Positions 9,860 through 18,741 of a stretch of 48,237 bases of DNA are shown here, piece by piece. The DNA is from an uncultured Candidatus Saccharibacteria bacterium. Lineage in GTDB: Bacteria > Patescibacteriota > Saccharimonadia > Saccharimonadales > CAZPPF01. The stretch spans positions 1 through 48,237 of the forward strand of contig CAZPPF010000004.1 in the NCBI GenBank assembly GCA_964588395.1, written 5' to 3'. Below the pieces are notes generated by a model. That model was not told the origin of the DNA. It saw only the letters and a program-made list of their open reading frames with translations, and ran no database searches. Both the position numbers and the translations under genes were made by a program. How positions within the stretch are numbered: position 1 is the first letter of the stretch; every line of letters starts with the position of its first letter.

Positions 9860-11308
9860 CTATAACACGCGAACCTTGATGGTATCAGTGGTACCAACTA
9901 CACCTGGATACATACCCGAAGCCGTAACCACAACTTCCCCTTTGCGCAGTACATTATTTTGCAAGAGCCAGTTGGTCAGTTTGGTGGCTGCTAATTTATC
10001 AGCTGGGCGGACGTAACTTTTAGTTCCATAGACAATAGCGAGTTGTTGGGCCGTTCGATCATCAGAAGTCACCGCAATAATAGGCAGTTTGGGCCTAAAA
10101 CTAGCAATTTGTAGGGCAGTGGCGCCCGATTTTGTCTCGGCTACAATGGCCGTGGCCTGTATGGTGTTGGCCAGTTTAATTATGGCTGAAGATATGGCGG
10201 TCTGGCGACTAGTATCATTGGTAATATCGGCAAAACGAACGTTTTCTATTGGGTTATTTGTCTGGGTGTACAAAATAACCCGCTTCATTACCTTGACTGC
10301 ATCGATTGGGTATTTGCCCGCGGCGGTTTCATCGCTCAGCATCACACAATCGGCACCAATAATCACTGCTGTTGCCACATCCGAAACTTCAGCGCGAGTC
10401 GGTTCTGGTTCTTCCATCATGCTGGCGAGCATTTGCGTGGCTACAATTGTTGGTTTGGCGTAGTGGAGTCCCAGCCCAATAATTTTGCGCTGCATTATGG
10501 GTACAGATTCTGGTGATGTCTCAATAGCCAAATCACCACGGGCCACCATAACTGCATCGGTTTCCTGAACAATTTCTTCAATATTTTCTATGGCCGCAGC
10601 AGTTTCTATCTTGGCAATAATCTTGGCATTACTGCCCAAGTTTTTTAGAAGTGTTCTAAGCTTTGCTATATCACGGGCGTGTTGCACAAAACTAAGAGCC
10701 ACGTAATCTATATCGTGTTCAGAACCAAAGGCCAGATCCCGACGATCTTTAGTAGTAATAATATCGCCGCCAAAATCGGTTTCTGGTAGGTTGATGCCTT
10801 TGCGTTTAATCAATATGCCGTCATTCTCGGCCCGCACATGAACAATGCCGTCTTTGACGCTGGTTATTTCACTGCGTATCTTGCCATCATATATAAATAA
10901 CGGCTGGCCCCGCTTTACCTTTTTACTGAGATCGTATTGTGTGGGGATTAATCCCGAACGCTCGTAATCGGCCTCGTATTTGAGCCCCAGGCTTTGTCCG
11001 GCATTTACGGTAATAACACCGTCAAAATCGCCCAGACGTACTTTGGGTCCTTGTAAATCTTGAATAATTGCTACCGGCTTACCATATTCATGACCAGCCT
11101 TACGAATCCATTTGATCTGACGTTCGCGTTCTTCATGCGTACCATGGCTAAAATTCAGTCGAATACCATTGGCTCCAGCTCGCACCAGTTTAAGTATGGA
11201 GTCATAGCTATCGGTCGAAGGTCCGATAGTAGCAATGATCTTAGTCCGCTTGAATTTTGCCAGCGGTACGTTTGGTACGCGACTTGTAGTATCCATACTT
11301 TTCTTCAT
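9860..11308 (-). CDS. pyk: pyruvate kinase
   Basis: TKIIATIGPS, RLNFSHG, DLQGPKVR, AKIET, MVARGDL, ATQMLASM, PTRAEVSDV. Confidence 0.97.
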   Translation of the reverse strand: MKKSMDTTSRVPNVPLAKFKRTKIIATIGPSTDSYDSILKLVRAGANGIRLNFSHGTHEERERQIKWIRKAGHEYGKPVAIIQDLQGPKVRLGDFDGVITVNAGQSLGLKYEADYERSGLIPTQYDLSKKVKRGQPLFIYDGKIRSEITSVKDGIVHVRAENDGILIKRKGINLPETDFGGDIITTKDRRDLAFGSEHDIDYVALSFVQHARDIAKLRTLLKNLGSNAKIIAKIETAAAIENIEEIVQETDAVMVARGDLAIETSPESVPIMQRKIIGLGLHYAKPTIVATQMLASMMEEPEPTRAEVSDVATAVIIGADCVMLSDETAAGKYPIDAVKVMKRVILYTQTNNPIENVRFADITNDTSRQTAISSAIIKLANTIQATAIVAETKSGATALQIASFRPKLPIIAVTSDDRTAQQLAIVYGTKSYVRPADKLAATKLTNWLLQNNVLRKGEVVVTASGMYPGVVGTTDTIKVRVL

Positions 11309-11418
11309 TTTACCCGCTTATGCTTAGTTTGAACAGGGGTAAATCTAACAAACTTGTTTATTCTAAAACAATTAGTGATCCACCTCTGATCAAAATGTAA
11401 CTGCTTATCTCAAGAAGT

Positions 11419-11913
11419 CTAATAATTCACTACGGTCTGATAAACCAGTACCTGTGGACCATCTTGCGCTGACTTGTTGTAGACATTGTATGGTTTCAAG
11501 GTGCCACTTTTAGCAGATCCAACACACAGTTCTTGATAGTCACCTGCAACTGGCAACGAAATCACCGTCGACTTATACTGATTGGTCAGTTCAACCGTTG
11601 CTGTAGTACCAACACCTTTCGGGTTTACTGCACGCAAAAAATAGCACATAGATTTAATTGCCGTTTTACCGCCAACCACATACGTAAGTTGTCCGCCGGC
11701 AGCAACTTGTGAAACCGTCTGAGTTCCAACTTGATTCACATAATCAGTTGCTGTGCTCACGCCTGAGGTCTGTGCAGCGTTTGTATACGTCAAAAATTGT
11801 GAGTATGGAACTGTTGCCGCATGGCTTTGCATAAGTAAGTAAGAGCCAATCCCGGCGAATAATAAGACAAAAATAATCACAAGCTTGGCATCTAAGAATT
11901 TTGGTTTTTTCAT
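11419..11913 (-). CDS. hypothetical secreted protein
   Basis: N-terminal basic plus hydrophobic signal ending SHA-A; beta-rich mature region with 2 Cys. Confidence 0.7.
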   Translation of the reverse strand: MKKPKFLDAKLVIIFVLLFAGIGSYLLMQSHAATVPYSQFLTYTNAAQTSGVSTATDYVNQVGTQTVSQVAAGGQLTYVVGGKTAIKSMCYFLRAVNPKGVGTTATVELTNQYKSTVISLPVAGDYQELCVGSAKSGTLKPYNVYNKSAQDGPQVLVYQTVVNY

Positions 11914-12004
11914 TTTTCAGTCCTTGGTTATTGGGCCTATAGTAGTCCTGAAATAAAGCTTATGTCAAACTTAAACCGCAGCTATAAAATGATTTCAGAA
12001 GAGT

Positions 12005-12079
<75 letters not shown>

Positions 12080-12141
12080 ATCAGCCACCCTGAAAGAATG
12101 TAATTTAAGACCGCGTCAGTGTAGCATAACAGAGACGAAAT

Positions 12142-12177
12142 GAAAATCCCCACGACTTAGTAGCCGTGGGGACTTCC
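12142..12177 (-). terminator. intrinsic terminator of the LPXTG/DUF11 gene
   Basis: Minus strand TCCCCACGGCT-ACTA-AGTCGTGGGGA followed by TTTTCATTT. Confidence 0.7.
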
Positions 12178-12276
12178 GTTTTAAATTGTTTGTTTGAGAG
12201 CGGTCAGTCATTGCTCTTGAACTTATCCTGATTCTAGCACATTTTGCGCGTTTGCGCTAGTGCTTTTCCACAAGGA

Positions 12277-13566
12277 TTAGCCGCGAGTAAAACGACGACC
12301 AAGGAACAAGCGGTGAGCAACAGCCCCAGCAATAGTTACGGCAGTAAATATGCCGATAACATCGCCAGCACCAGTGTTCGGCAACTGACCCGTTGGGGTA
12401 GTTGGAGTGGTTGGGGTTACAGGTGGTGTAACGGGCTGACACTTGGCTGAATTAGCATTTACGCTAACTGTAGCTGTGTCAGAAGCTGTGGTGTTGTTTC
12501 CAGGTTGGAAAACTGTAGCTGTATTAACCATTGCGTTGTTTCCACAATTCAATTGGTCAGCAGCATCAATCGTAACCTTGAACTTAACGTAAGCAACTGC
12601 ACCAGGATTATAGCTCCCAATGTTGATGCCATTTTTAACCACATCATCACTTCCGGCACCTATTCCACTAGGATGGTTACCGTTTGTGATAGTAGTACTA
12701 CCAGCCACAATATGCTCGTGGGCAGGAAGTTGGTCACGTACAGAAACATCGTTTAAAACTGTGTTTCCAGTGTTCTTAACTGTAAGCAAGTAAGAAACCG
12801 TGTCTCCTGGCTTAGCAGTAATGTTTTTGCTCCAAGCGTCACCTGGGTGAGCTACCTGTTTGGTAATCGTAAGGTTAGGTGCTGGAACGTGAACTTTAAC
12901 TTTTACTGTAACGATACTGGTGTATTGGAAACAGCCCGGAATGATACCATTCGGAGACTGATAACCAATTAGCGCACCACCGTTTACAATGTCATCGCTT
13001 AGTTTCATGCCACTTGGTACAGCGTTTGTATAAGAAACGGCTGAGCCAGGAACATATGAAACGCTGAAGTTACTGCCACCGGCAAAGTCGACAGTGTCGG
13101 CTACTGTACCAGGTTGAGCGTTATCAGCAGAAATGTAAGCGTTGGCCCGCATAGCGGTACCGGTTGCAGTTGGCAAGAAAATTCGAACCTTAGTGTTTTT
13201 TGCAACACCAGGACCATCGAAATTTGTACCATTCAAGGTGTCGGAAGCGTTGTTGTGCACGTAAACGCGCATCAATACTTCTTCGCCATCTTTTACGTTA
13301 ACTTTATCTACAAATCCACCTTGAGTGGTGTTAGTAGCATCTTTGGCGTCAAAGAATGTTCGTTCGTCGCCATAGTTTGGGTTGTCTGTTATTGAGTCGA
13401 ACGTAACGTGGTCAGCAGGATGTGCGACCGTGTAAGTTGGACGATCTGGAGACCAGGCCAATGCTGAACCAACTATACCAAAGGTAAAGATGGTTGCGAG
13501 CATAAGAGCTAAGGTCTTCTTTGGAACCGGAGTTACCGAAAGAATCGCCTTGACTACATCTTTCAT
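12277..13566 (-). CDS. secreted surface protein with DUF11-like Ig domain and LPXTG sortase anchor
   Basis: Signal peptide (ALA-W); DUF11-like LTITKQV...PGDTVSYLLTVKNTG...DQLP; PT-rich linker; LPNTG + TM + RRFTRG; SD AGGAGG. Confidence 0.88.
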   Translation of the reverse strand: MKDVVKAILSVTPVPKKTLALMLATIFTFGIVGSALAWSPDRPTYTVAHPADHVTFDSITDNPNYGDERTFFDAKDATNTTQGGFVDKVNVKDGEEVLMRVYVHNNASDTLNGTNFDGPGVAKNTKVRIFLPTATGTAMRANAYISADNAQPGTVADTVDFAGGSNFSVSYVPGSAVSYTNAVPSGMKLSDDIVNGGALIGYQSPNGIIPGCFQYTSIVTVKVKVHVPAPNLTITKQVAHPGDAWSKNITAKPGDTVSYLLTVKNTGNTVLNDVSVRDQLPAHEHIVAGSTTITNGNHPSGIGAGSDDVVKNGINIGSYNPGAVAYVKFKVTIDAADQLNCGNNAMVNTATVFQPGNNTTASDTATVSVNANSAKCQPVTPPVTPTTPTTPTGQLPNTGAGDVIGIFTAVTIAGAVAHRLFLGRRFTRG

Positions 13567-13624
13567 ATAAACCTCCTAAGAAGTTATTTACATTAATAGA
13601 ACTTGTACTAACCGCTTGTCCTAA

Positions 13625-13637
13625 TTTTTAAAGAACA
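13625..13637 (-). promoter_or_regulatory. boxA-like antitermination motif in the LPXTG gene leader
   Basis: TGTTCTTTAAAAA, close to the rrn boxA consensus TGCTCTTTAACA. Confidence 0.55.
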
Positions 13638-13687
13638 TAGCTGCCAGAGGTTTCCAAAAAAGGAAGCCCACCTCACAGTTGAACGAT

Positions 13688-13716
13688 ATTTTAGCACAAG
13701 TATTTCTGTTTGTCAA
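13688..13716 (-). promoter_or_regulatory. sigma70 promoter for the LPXTG gene
   Basis: TTGACA (13716-13711), 17 nt spacer, TGC-TAAAAT (13693-13688). Confidence 0.8.
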
Positions 13717-13752
13717 TATTATGGTTATGTTTATTTTCTTGCTTGTTCCTAA

Positions 13753-14029
13753 TTGTTAATGAACTTCCAGGCCGAATCATTTCAAATCATAAGGGTGTAA
13801 CAAGGTGTGGAATGCGCGGGAGCGCTGAGCAGCTGTAAGCTACTACTATTCCACACCTGTTTGCGTGACTACGTTGGAGGAAGGAATCGCGTGGAGGCGA
13901 CTCAACTTCTTTTTTCCAACAAAACGCTGGTTTTTCTCGGCTTACCCGAGCGGCTTAACCAGCAACCTGCTGCCAAATTTAATAGTCGTATTGCTACGAC
14001 AAGCACTGGCAGATGCTTTATCCCCCCAT
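13753..14029 (-). ncRNA. structured 3' trailer of the GC-rich cassette (3' arms of long-range helices plus boxA-like motif)
   Basis: Hairpins GTCGTA-GCAA-TACGAC (13985-14000) and CTCGG-GTAAG-CCGAG; 11-bp stem 13803-13813/13848-13858; arms 13865-13875 and 13771-13792 complementary to the leader; GTTCATTAACAA at 13753-13764. Confidence 0.6.
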
Positions 14030-15055
14030 CTATGAGCTCGGCGGAGCTCCAGGGTCACCATCTGCTGGCGGATCCGGCGTCACTGGTGTGGGCGTCGGAG
14101 CCAGAGTTGTCGTCGTTGGAGACGGCGACGGCGCTGGTGCCTGAGTGGTGGTGGTTGGGCAGATTGCAAGCCCGCAAGGTGTGTCGTAGACAGGCGTAGC
14201 CGGTCCTGGATCCGTTCCCACCGGAGTGGTACCTGGTCCTTGTACACCTGACGGAACAGCCGGATTGACGTTGACGTCCTGGGTCGGAACCTTGGGCGGC
14301 AAACACATTGGGCTGTTCGGCGGCAGGCTTGAGTTGTACTGACACACCGGGGTGTTCGGCGGCGTCGTTGTCGACGTCGTTGTCGGCGTCCCTGGCGGGG
14401 AAGTCGACGGAGTTGGCTTGCCACCCACGGGAGTGGGGGGCGTGAGCTGCGGGTTACCGCAAGCCATCCGTACCACGGTCAGCGCTGTTGTTGGGACGTT
14501 GCCGTTCTTGGTGCAAGCAGACGGATTGATGAATACCCATCCGATGTCGCCCTTCTGGCTCTGTCTGGTGCCGGCGGCGACCGTCTTCCCATCGGCGAAC
14601 GAAGTGTTGCCACCCCACTCGCTTTCCACGAGGATTTGGAAACCCTCGATGTTGTTCGGGTCGACGATCTGATCCGCAGTAGCTCCAGGCTGAGCCTCGA
14701 GCAGGTGCTTCTTGACGGCTTGTGCTGCCGGCACGTCACTCTTCAAGAATGCCACGTAGGCGTCCTTGGTCGTGAGGGGCTTGTCGGCAAACTTGCCATC
14801 ACCAGCCTGCTTCGCCGCGGGAAGGTCAAGGTTGAACTTGTCCTCTCCGACAGTGAAGTCGCCAGCTTTGAAGCCCTGTTCCATCAGGAGGTTCGAGACC
14901 GCCTGCTGGTTGTTGCAGTCTGTCGTTGACAGCACGGCCTGGGCCGATTTGCCACCGCTGAACACGTCACCGATGCCCCCAGTTGCGAGGACGACGACGA
15001 CGAAGACAGCAAATGCAGCTGCCATCACACTCCAAATTACAGTGTGTCGCTTCAT
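14030..15055 (-). CDS. hypothetical secreted or membrane-anchored protein with Pro/Thr-rich C-terminus (GC-rich cassette gene 2)
   Basis: Start reassigned to ATG 15055 (MKRHTVIW) behind SD GGAGGTGA; N-terminal hydrophobic helix; several Cys; long P/T-rich tail; 341 aa. Confidence 0.8.
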   Translation of the reverse strand: MKRHTVIWSVMAAAFAVFVVVVLATGGIGDVFSGGKSAQAVLSTTDCNNQQAVSNLLMEQGFKAGDFTVGEDKFNLDLPAAKQAGDGKFADKPLTTKDAYVAFLKSDVPAAQAVKKHLLEAQPGATADQIVDPNNIEGFQILVESEWGGNTSFADGKTVAAGTRQSQKGDIGWVFINPSACTKNGNVPTTALTVVRMACGNPQLTPPTPVGGKPTPSTSPPGTPTTTSTTTPPNTPVCQYNSSLPPNSPMCLPPKVPTQDVNVNPAVPSGVQGPGTTPVGTDPGPATPVYDTPCGLAICPTTTTQAPAPSPSPTTTTLAPTPTPVTPDPPADGDPGAPPSS

Positions 15056-15169
15056 TACTATCACCTCCCTGGGGGTGTCTTGTCGTGTAAAGCGATTTCC
15101 TTGACTGAGTGAACGCAGAGACTGCAAGTCTCTCGTGCGGTTGCACGGCATGCAGCGCGTTCGGGCATG

Positions 15170-15874
15170 TCAACCGACGTCGGTCGTGACCTCGGTCTCA
15201 GTTGTTGTGTTGCAGTCGTCTGAGCAGAACAGCCACTTGCAGATGATCCACACGCCGTAGGCGATCAGGATGACCGGCAGGATGATGAACAGGGCCTGGA
15301 CGAACCAGTTGTTGCCCCATTCGGCATCTCCGTCAGCCCAGTTGAGCACGTCGTCGTAGTAGTTGCTCATGACCGCGAGGGTCACGATGGCTGCAACGGC
15401 GGCGGCGGCGACTGCAACGAAGGTGCAGACTCGTCGACTACTTGTGCTCACTCTCGTGCGCACTCGCTGACGGCGAGTAGGCGGAACTGTCGGATTCACT
15501 GGAAGCACGGCCGTCCGGTCCAGAGGCACCTCGTCTGCCACGGGGACAGGTTCGGCGTCCTGATCGAACACGGCAGCTTCGCCTGCAGGCGGGGTCAGGT
15601 CGACCTCGTCGTCAGACGCACGGGACTCGGGCTCGACTCCAGCAATCCGATTGGCCTGGGCCAAGTCGTGCTCGAGTTCTGCACTCACGTCCTCGTGTTG
15701 CTGCTGAGCTGCACGAATCAGTGCTGCGCCGCTCACGATTCCTTCTTCCAGCACCGCATCGGCACTGGCTCGGGCCGCGAGAAGACGCACACGCTCTTCC
15801 TCGTTCGCAAGACGCAGCTCTCGTGCCTTGGCAATGCCTTCCTCGATGAGCTGGTCGATGTGTTCTGTACTCAT
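15170..15874 (-). CDS. hypothetical membrane protein, coiled-coil/acidic N-terminus and two C-terminal TM helices (GC-rich cassette gene 1)
   Basis: Start reassigned to ATG 15874 (MSTEHIDQ) behind SD GGAGGAGG; 234 aa. Confidence 0.75.
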   Translation of the reverse strand: MSTEHIDQLIEEGIAKARELRLANEEERVRLLAARASADAVLEEGIVSGAALIRAAQQQHEDVSAELEHDLAQANRIAGVEPESRASDDEVDLTPPAGEAAVFDQDAEPVPVADEVPLDRTAVLPVNPTVPPTRRQRVRTRVSTSSRRVCTFVAVAAAAVAAIVTLAVMSNYYDDVLNWADGDAEWGNNWFVQALFIILPVILIAYGVWIICKWLFCSDDCNTTTETEVTTDVG

Positions 15875-16460
15875 TTCTGCTCCTCCTCCCGGTTGGGGGG
15901 TGGAACTGGCGCGGTCCTGGGACCTTGCCAGGCTGTGGGCTATCCCACAACCAAGTCGATTGAGATCGTTTTGCGCCGAAGCAACAAGTCGATGTCTCCA
16001 TCGACTTGTTGTTCGTCCACCCCCATTGGGTGTACTGACACAGCATTGAACCAAAGAGGTTTCTCAGGCTTAATGCTGTGCCCGTAACAAAAACGAAATC
16101 AAAATTAGTGTGTTGAATTTAACGTAGTCACATACTGCCTTGGTAAGCGGAGACGTACTCTGTGAACAGAGGTGCCTCAACGCACGTCAAGTGCAGACCG
16201 CCTACTACTAGCCTTGGGGTACTAACCCCAGAATAACAGGGGTAGCTAGTATTAGATGGCCTGCACTTTTAGTGCCTTACCTACAGCAGTTATGAACTGA
16301 AATGATTCGACTTGTTAATGTACCCGTTGCCTATGAATTTGCCGGTTAACAGATGCAAGAGTCTAAAAAAGCAGCGAGGCGGTGGCCTGGTGCTGCTTCA
16401 TGATCCACCTCTGTTAATGTCCGGCTACGGGGTTATCCCTCACACCCATAAGCTAGGATG
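15875..16460 (-). ncRNA. long (about 585 nt) structured 5' leader / candidate ncRNA
   Basis: Successive stems: 13-bp perfect stem with GAGA loop (15982-16011), GCACAGCATT/AATGCTGTGT stem, long stem 16189-16268, terminator-like hairpin 16365-16398; boxA-like motifs at 16312-16323 and 16411-16422. No credible ORF. Confidence 0.65.
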
Positions 16461-16465
16461 ATCAC

Positions 16466-16494
16466 ATTCTACTACAAAACTACTGTTTTGTCAA
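16466..16494 (-). promoter_or_regulatory. near-consensus sigma70 promoter of the GC-rich cassette
   Basis: TTGACA (16494-16489), 17 nt spacer, TAGAAT (16471-16466). Confidence 0.85.
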
Positions 16495-16522
16495 TAAGCT
16501 TTACCATAATAGTTGTGTAAGC

Positions 16523-18736
16523 TCAAGTTTTTTTAACAAGAGGCTTTGCTTCCTCTGTAGGCTTTGCTAAATGTTCGGGTACTTGCAACTGGCTTTTGGG
16601 AAAACTAAAACCAAAAGTACTGCCTTTGCCTTCCTCGCTATGAAAGATAACTGCTCCACCTTGGGCCACAATGACTTTCTTGGCCATAAATAGACCCAGT
16701 CCGGTACCATCTGGGCGAGCGTGCTGAGCATTACCAGCCCGATAGAACTTGGTAAACAAATGGTGCTGCGCGTCTTTGGGAACCCCAATGCCATCGTCCG
16801 TAACCGTAAACTCTACACTTGTGCCTTTGTCCTCTAGACCAATACGAATATGCCCCCGATTTGCGCCACTCTGCGTGTAGTAGATGGCGTTGTCGGCAAA
16901 GTTCATAATGACCTGACGGGTTTTGGTTTCATCCAGCATGAGCATGGGGAAATCTTTGGGCTTGTCGTAGGTCAGCTCTAGGCCGCGACCTTTTGCCGTC
17001 TCGGTCAATTGGGAAAGTTCGGTCTCGATAACTTCTGCCAGCTGAGTTGGCTTGCGCTCAATTACAAACTTGCCGGTGCGCAGTCTAGACACGTTCAAAA
17101 GGTCCGCAATCAGGTACACCATCCGCTGAGAGCTTACAAACGCCTGATTCAACAGTTTTTGCTGGTTACCGTTAACTTTGCCGGCATCGCCTTCTAACAC
17201 CATGCTGATGTAGCCTTTGACGCTCGTAAGTGGCGTACGCAGCTGGTGTGAGGCCATACTAATGAACTCGTCCTTGGCTTCGTCGAGCGCACGTAGCTTG
17301 TCATTGGTTTGCCGCAACTTGCGCGTAGCAGTATCAACCTTTTCTTGCAGGGTTATGTTGAAGCTTTCGATCTCTTCAAACCGTAGCGCATTTTGAACAG
17401 CGATCGCCAACTCGCTACCCACAATTTCTAAAAATCGAATATCTTGCGTGGTATAGATATTACCGCTCTGTTTGTGACCAAATAGTAGATAGCCAACCAC
17501 GCCTTTTTGAGTGACAAGGCGAACGCTCACTCCTACATTATATTTTTCGAGTGTTTTTTTCTTTTCACCACCTTCAAGTTCGTCGGATACCAAAACGTTT
17601 TTGTTAAACAAACTAACTTCCATGGGGCCAATGGTAATTTCCGGCTCTTTATACTGTTCTCGCCGATAAATTGAGGAATTATCAACCACAATAAAACTGC
17701 CCTTGATGACTTTTAGGTTATCTCCCAAAATCCTAAGACACGACATCATGATGACCTGAAGAGAAATTTGAGTTGTTAGCACTTCGCTGATTTCATTCAG
17801 AACAGCTTGTTCATCATAGGCGTCCCGGTAAAACAACCTGTTGGTCAAACGGTCAAAGAATTGTTTGATAGGTTGGAACGAAAATGCTAGGAAAACACCC
17901 AAAACAACGTATGTGAGCTGCTTGACCCAGCTTTGACTGAAGGAAGCTTGGGTAAAGATGAGTGATGATAACCCAAACAGTAAGGCGCCGTACATTAGAC
18001 CAAGTGTCACGAGCAGCAGAATATAGGCTACCGAACGTGCTACCACAGCCCGGATGTCAAATAATCTCTGGGCGACAATTGCGTAGGTTATAAAAATTGC
18101 AAAGAGTAAGGTGTAGAATGGACTAACTCGAACAAAGAGTGTCGTTTTGGCACTAAGTGTAATGGCAAAGTTTGTCAGGGGTACAATAACCCACAAAACA
18201 ATTGATCCCAGTACTAGCAAACGTAGTTGTTCCTTCTGTTGGCCCCTTGCACGATGGAACTTACCTATCAGGGCTCTGAGCCCAAACGCGATAGTGAGAA
18301 CAGAATTAATAACAAAAAATATGATGACCGGGCCAGGATTGGGGTTGGCCGTACCATTTTTGATAGTGATAGATTGAAACAAAAAGGGAGACTGAGTAAG
18401 TGCAATGACAAACAGCGAGAAAGGAATCATCAACTTTTGTTTGGATGAAAGCTTGGAAATCGGCGTATTAGGGTAGGTTTCGGCGAAAAGATAAAACAAT
18501 GTGTTTTGGATAACGACAAAAGACAGTACTGTTCTGATGGCATATATCGTAGAAGCGTTTTGTGCGACAGATATAGCTAAATAATTAGTGAATGCCCAAG
18601 CTGCCAGTGCAAGTGTCAGGAACATGAAAATCAGGTTTGTGGTGTTGCCTCTTCTTCGGTAGTAGACGCTCAGAGCAATTGCTATTTGGGAAAATACCGC
18701 TAAAATTACCAGTATAGTAAACATCTTGAACTTCAT
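16523..18736 (-). CDS. sensor histidine kinase with N-terminal multi-TM (HisKA_7TM-like) and GAF-like domains
   Basis: About 9 TM segments, GAF-like region (LAIAVQNA), H-box ASHQLRTPL, N-box NFADNAIYY, DDGIG, GTGLGL. Confidence 0.92.
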   Translation of the reverse strand: MKFKMFTILVILAVFSQIAIALSVYYRRRGNTTNLIFMFLTLALAAWAFTNYLAISVAQNASTIYAIRTVLSFVVIQNTLFYLFAETYPNTPISKLSSKQKLMIPFSLFVIALTQSPFLFQSITIKNGTANPNPGPVIIFFVINSVLTIAFGLRALIGKFHRARGQQKEQLRLLVLGSIVLWVIVPLTNFAITLSAKTTLFVRVSPFYTLLFAIFITYAIVAQRLFDIRAVVARSVAYILLLVTLGLMYGALLFGLSSLIFTQASFSQSWVKQLTYVVLGVFLAFSFQPIKQFFDRLTNRLFYRDAYDEQAVLNEISEVLTTQISLQVIMMSCLRILGDNLKVIKGSFIVVDNSSIYRREQYKEPEITIGPMEVSLFNKNVLVSDELEGGEKKKTLEKYNVGVSVRLVTQKGVVGYLLFGHKQSGNIYTTQDIRFLEIVGSELAIAVQNALRFEEIESFNITLQEKVDTATRKLRQTNDKLRALDEAKDEFISMASHQLRTPLTSVKGYISMVLEGDAGKVNGNQQKLLNQAFVSSQRMVYLIADLLNVSRLRTGKFVIERKPTQLAEVIETELSQLTETAKGRGLELTYDKPKDFPMLMLDETKTRQVIMNFADNAIYYTQSGANRGHIRIGLEDKGTSVEFTVTDDGIGVPKDAQHHLFTKFYRAGNAQHARPDGTGLGLFMAKKVIVAQGGAVIFHSEEGKGSTFGFSFPKSQLQVPEHLAKPTEEAKPLVKKT

Positions 18737-18741
18737 TATAT

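Noticed and set aside
13807-14199. Plus-strand 130-aa ORF and other alternative-frame ORFs in the GC-rich cassette
   Set aside because: Antisense or shadow ORFs expected in GC-rich DNA; no SD and no protein-like features; they overlap better-supported genes and structured RNA.
15875-16054. N-terminal extension of the 294-aa ORF (and of the 373-aa ORF at 15056-15151)
   Set aside because: Strong SD sites sit directly before the internal ATGs at 15874 and 15055; the extensions run through RNA hairpins.
13771-16311. Flanking 22-nt inverted repeats as transposon or MITE ends
   Set aside because: No transposase or integrase, no target-site duplication seen next to the arms, mismatches are mostly G.U-compatible on the transcribed strand, and a second nested helix exists. 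RNA pairing explains it better.
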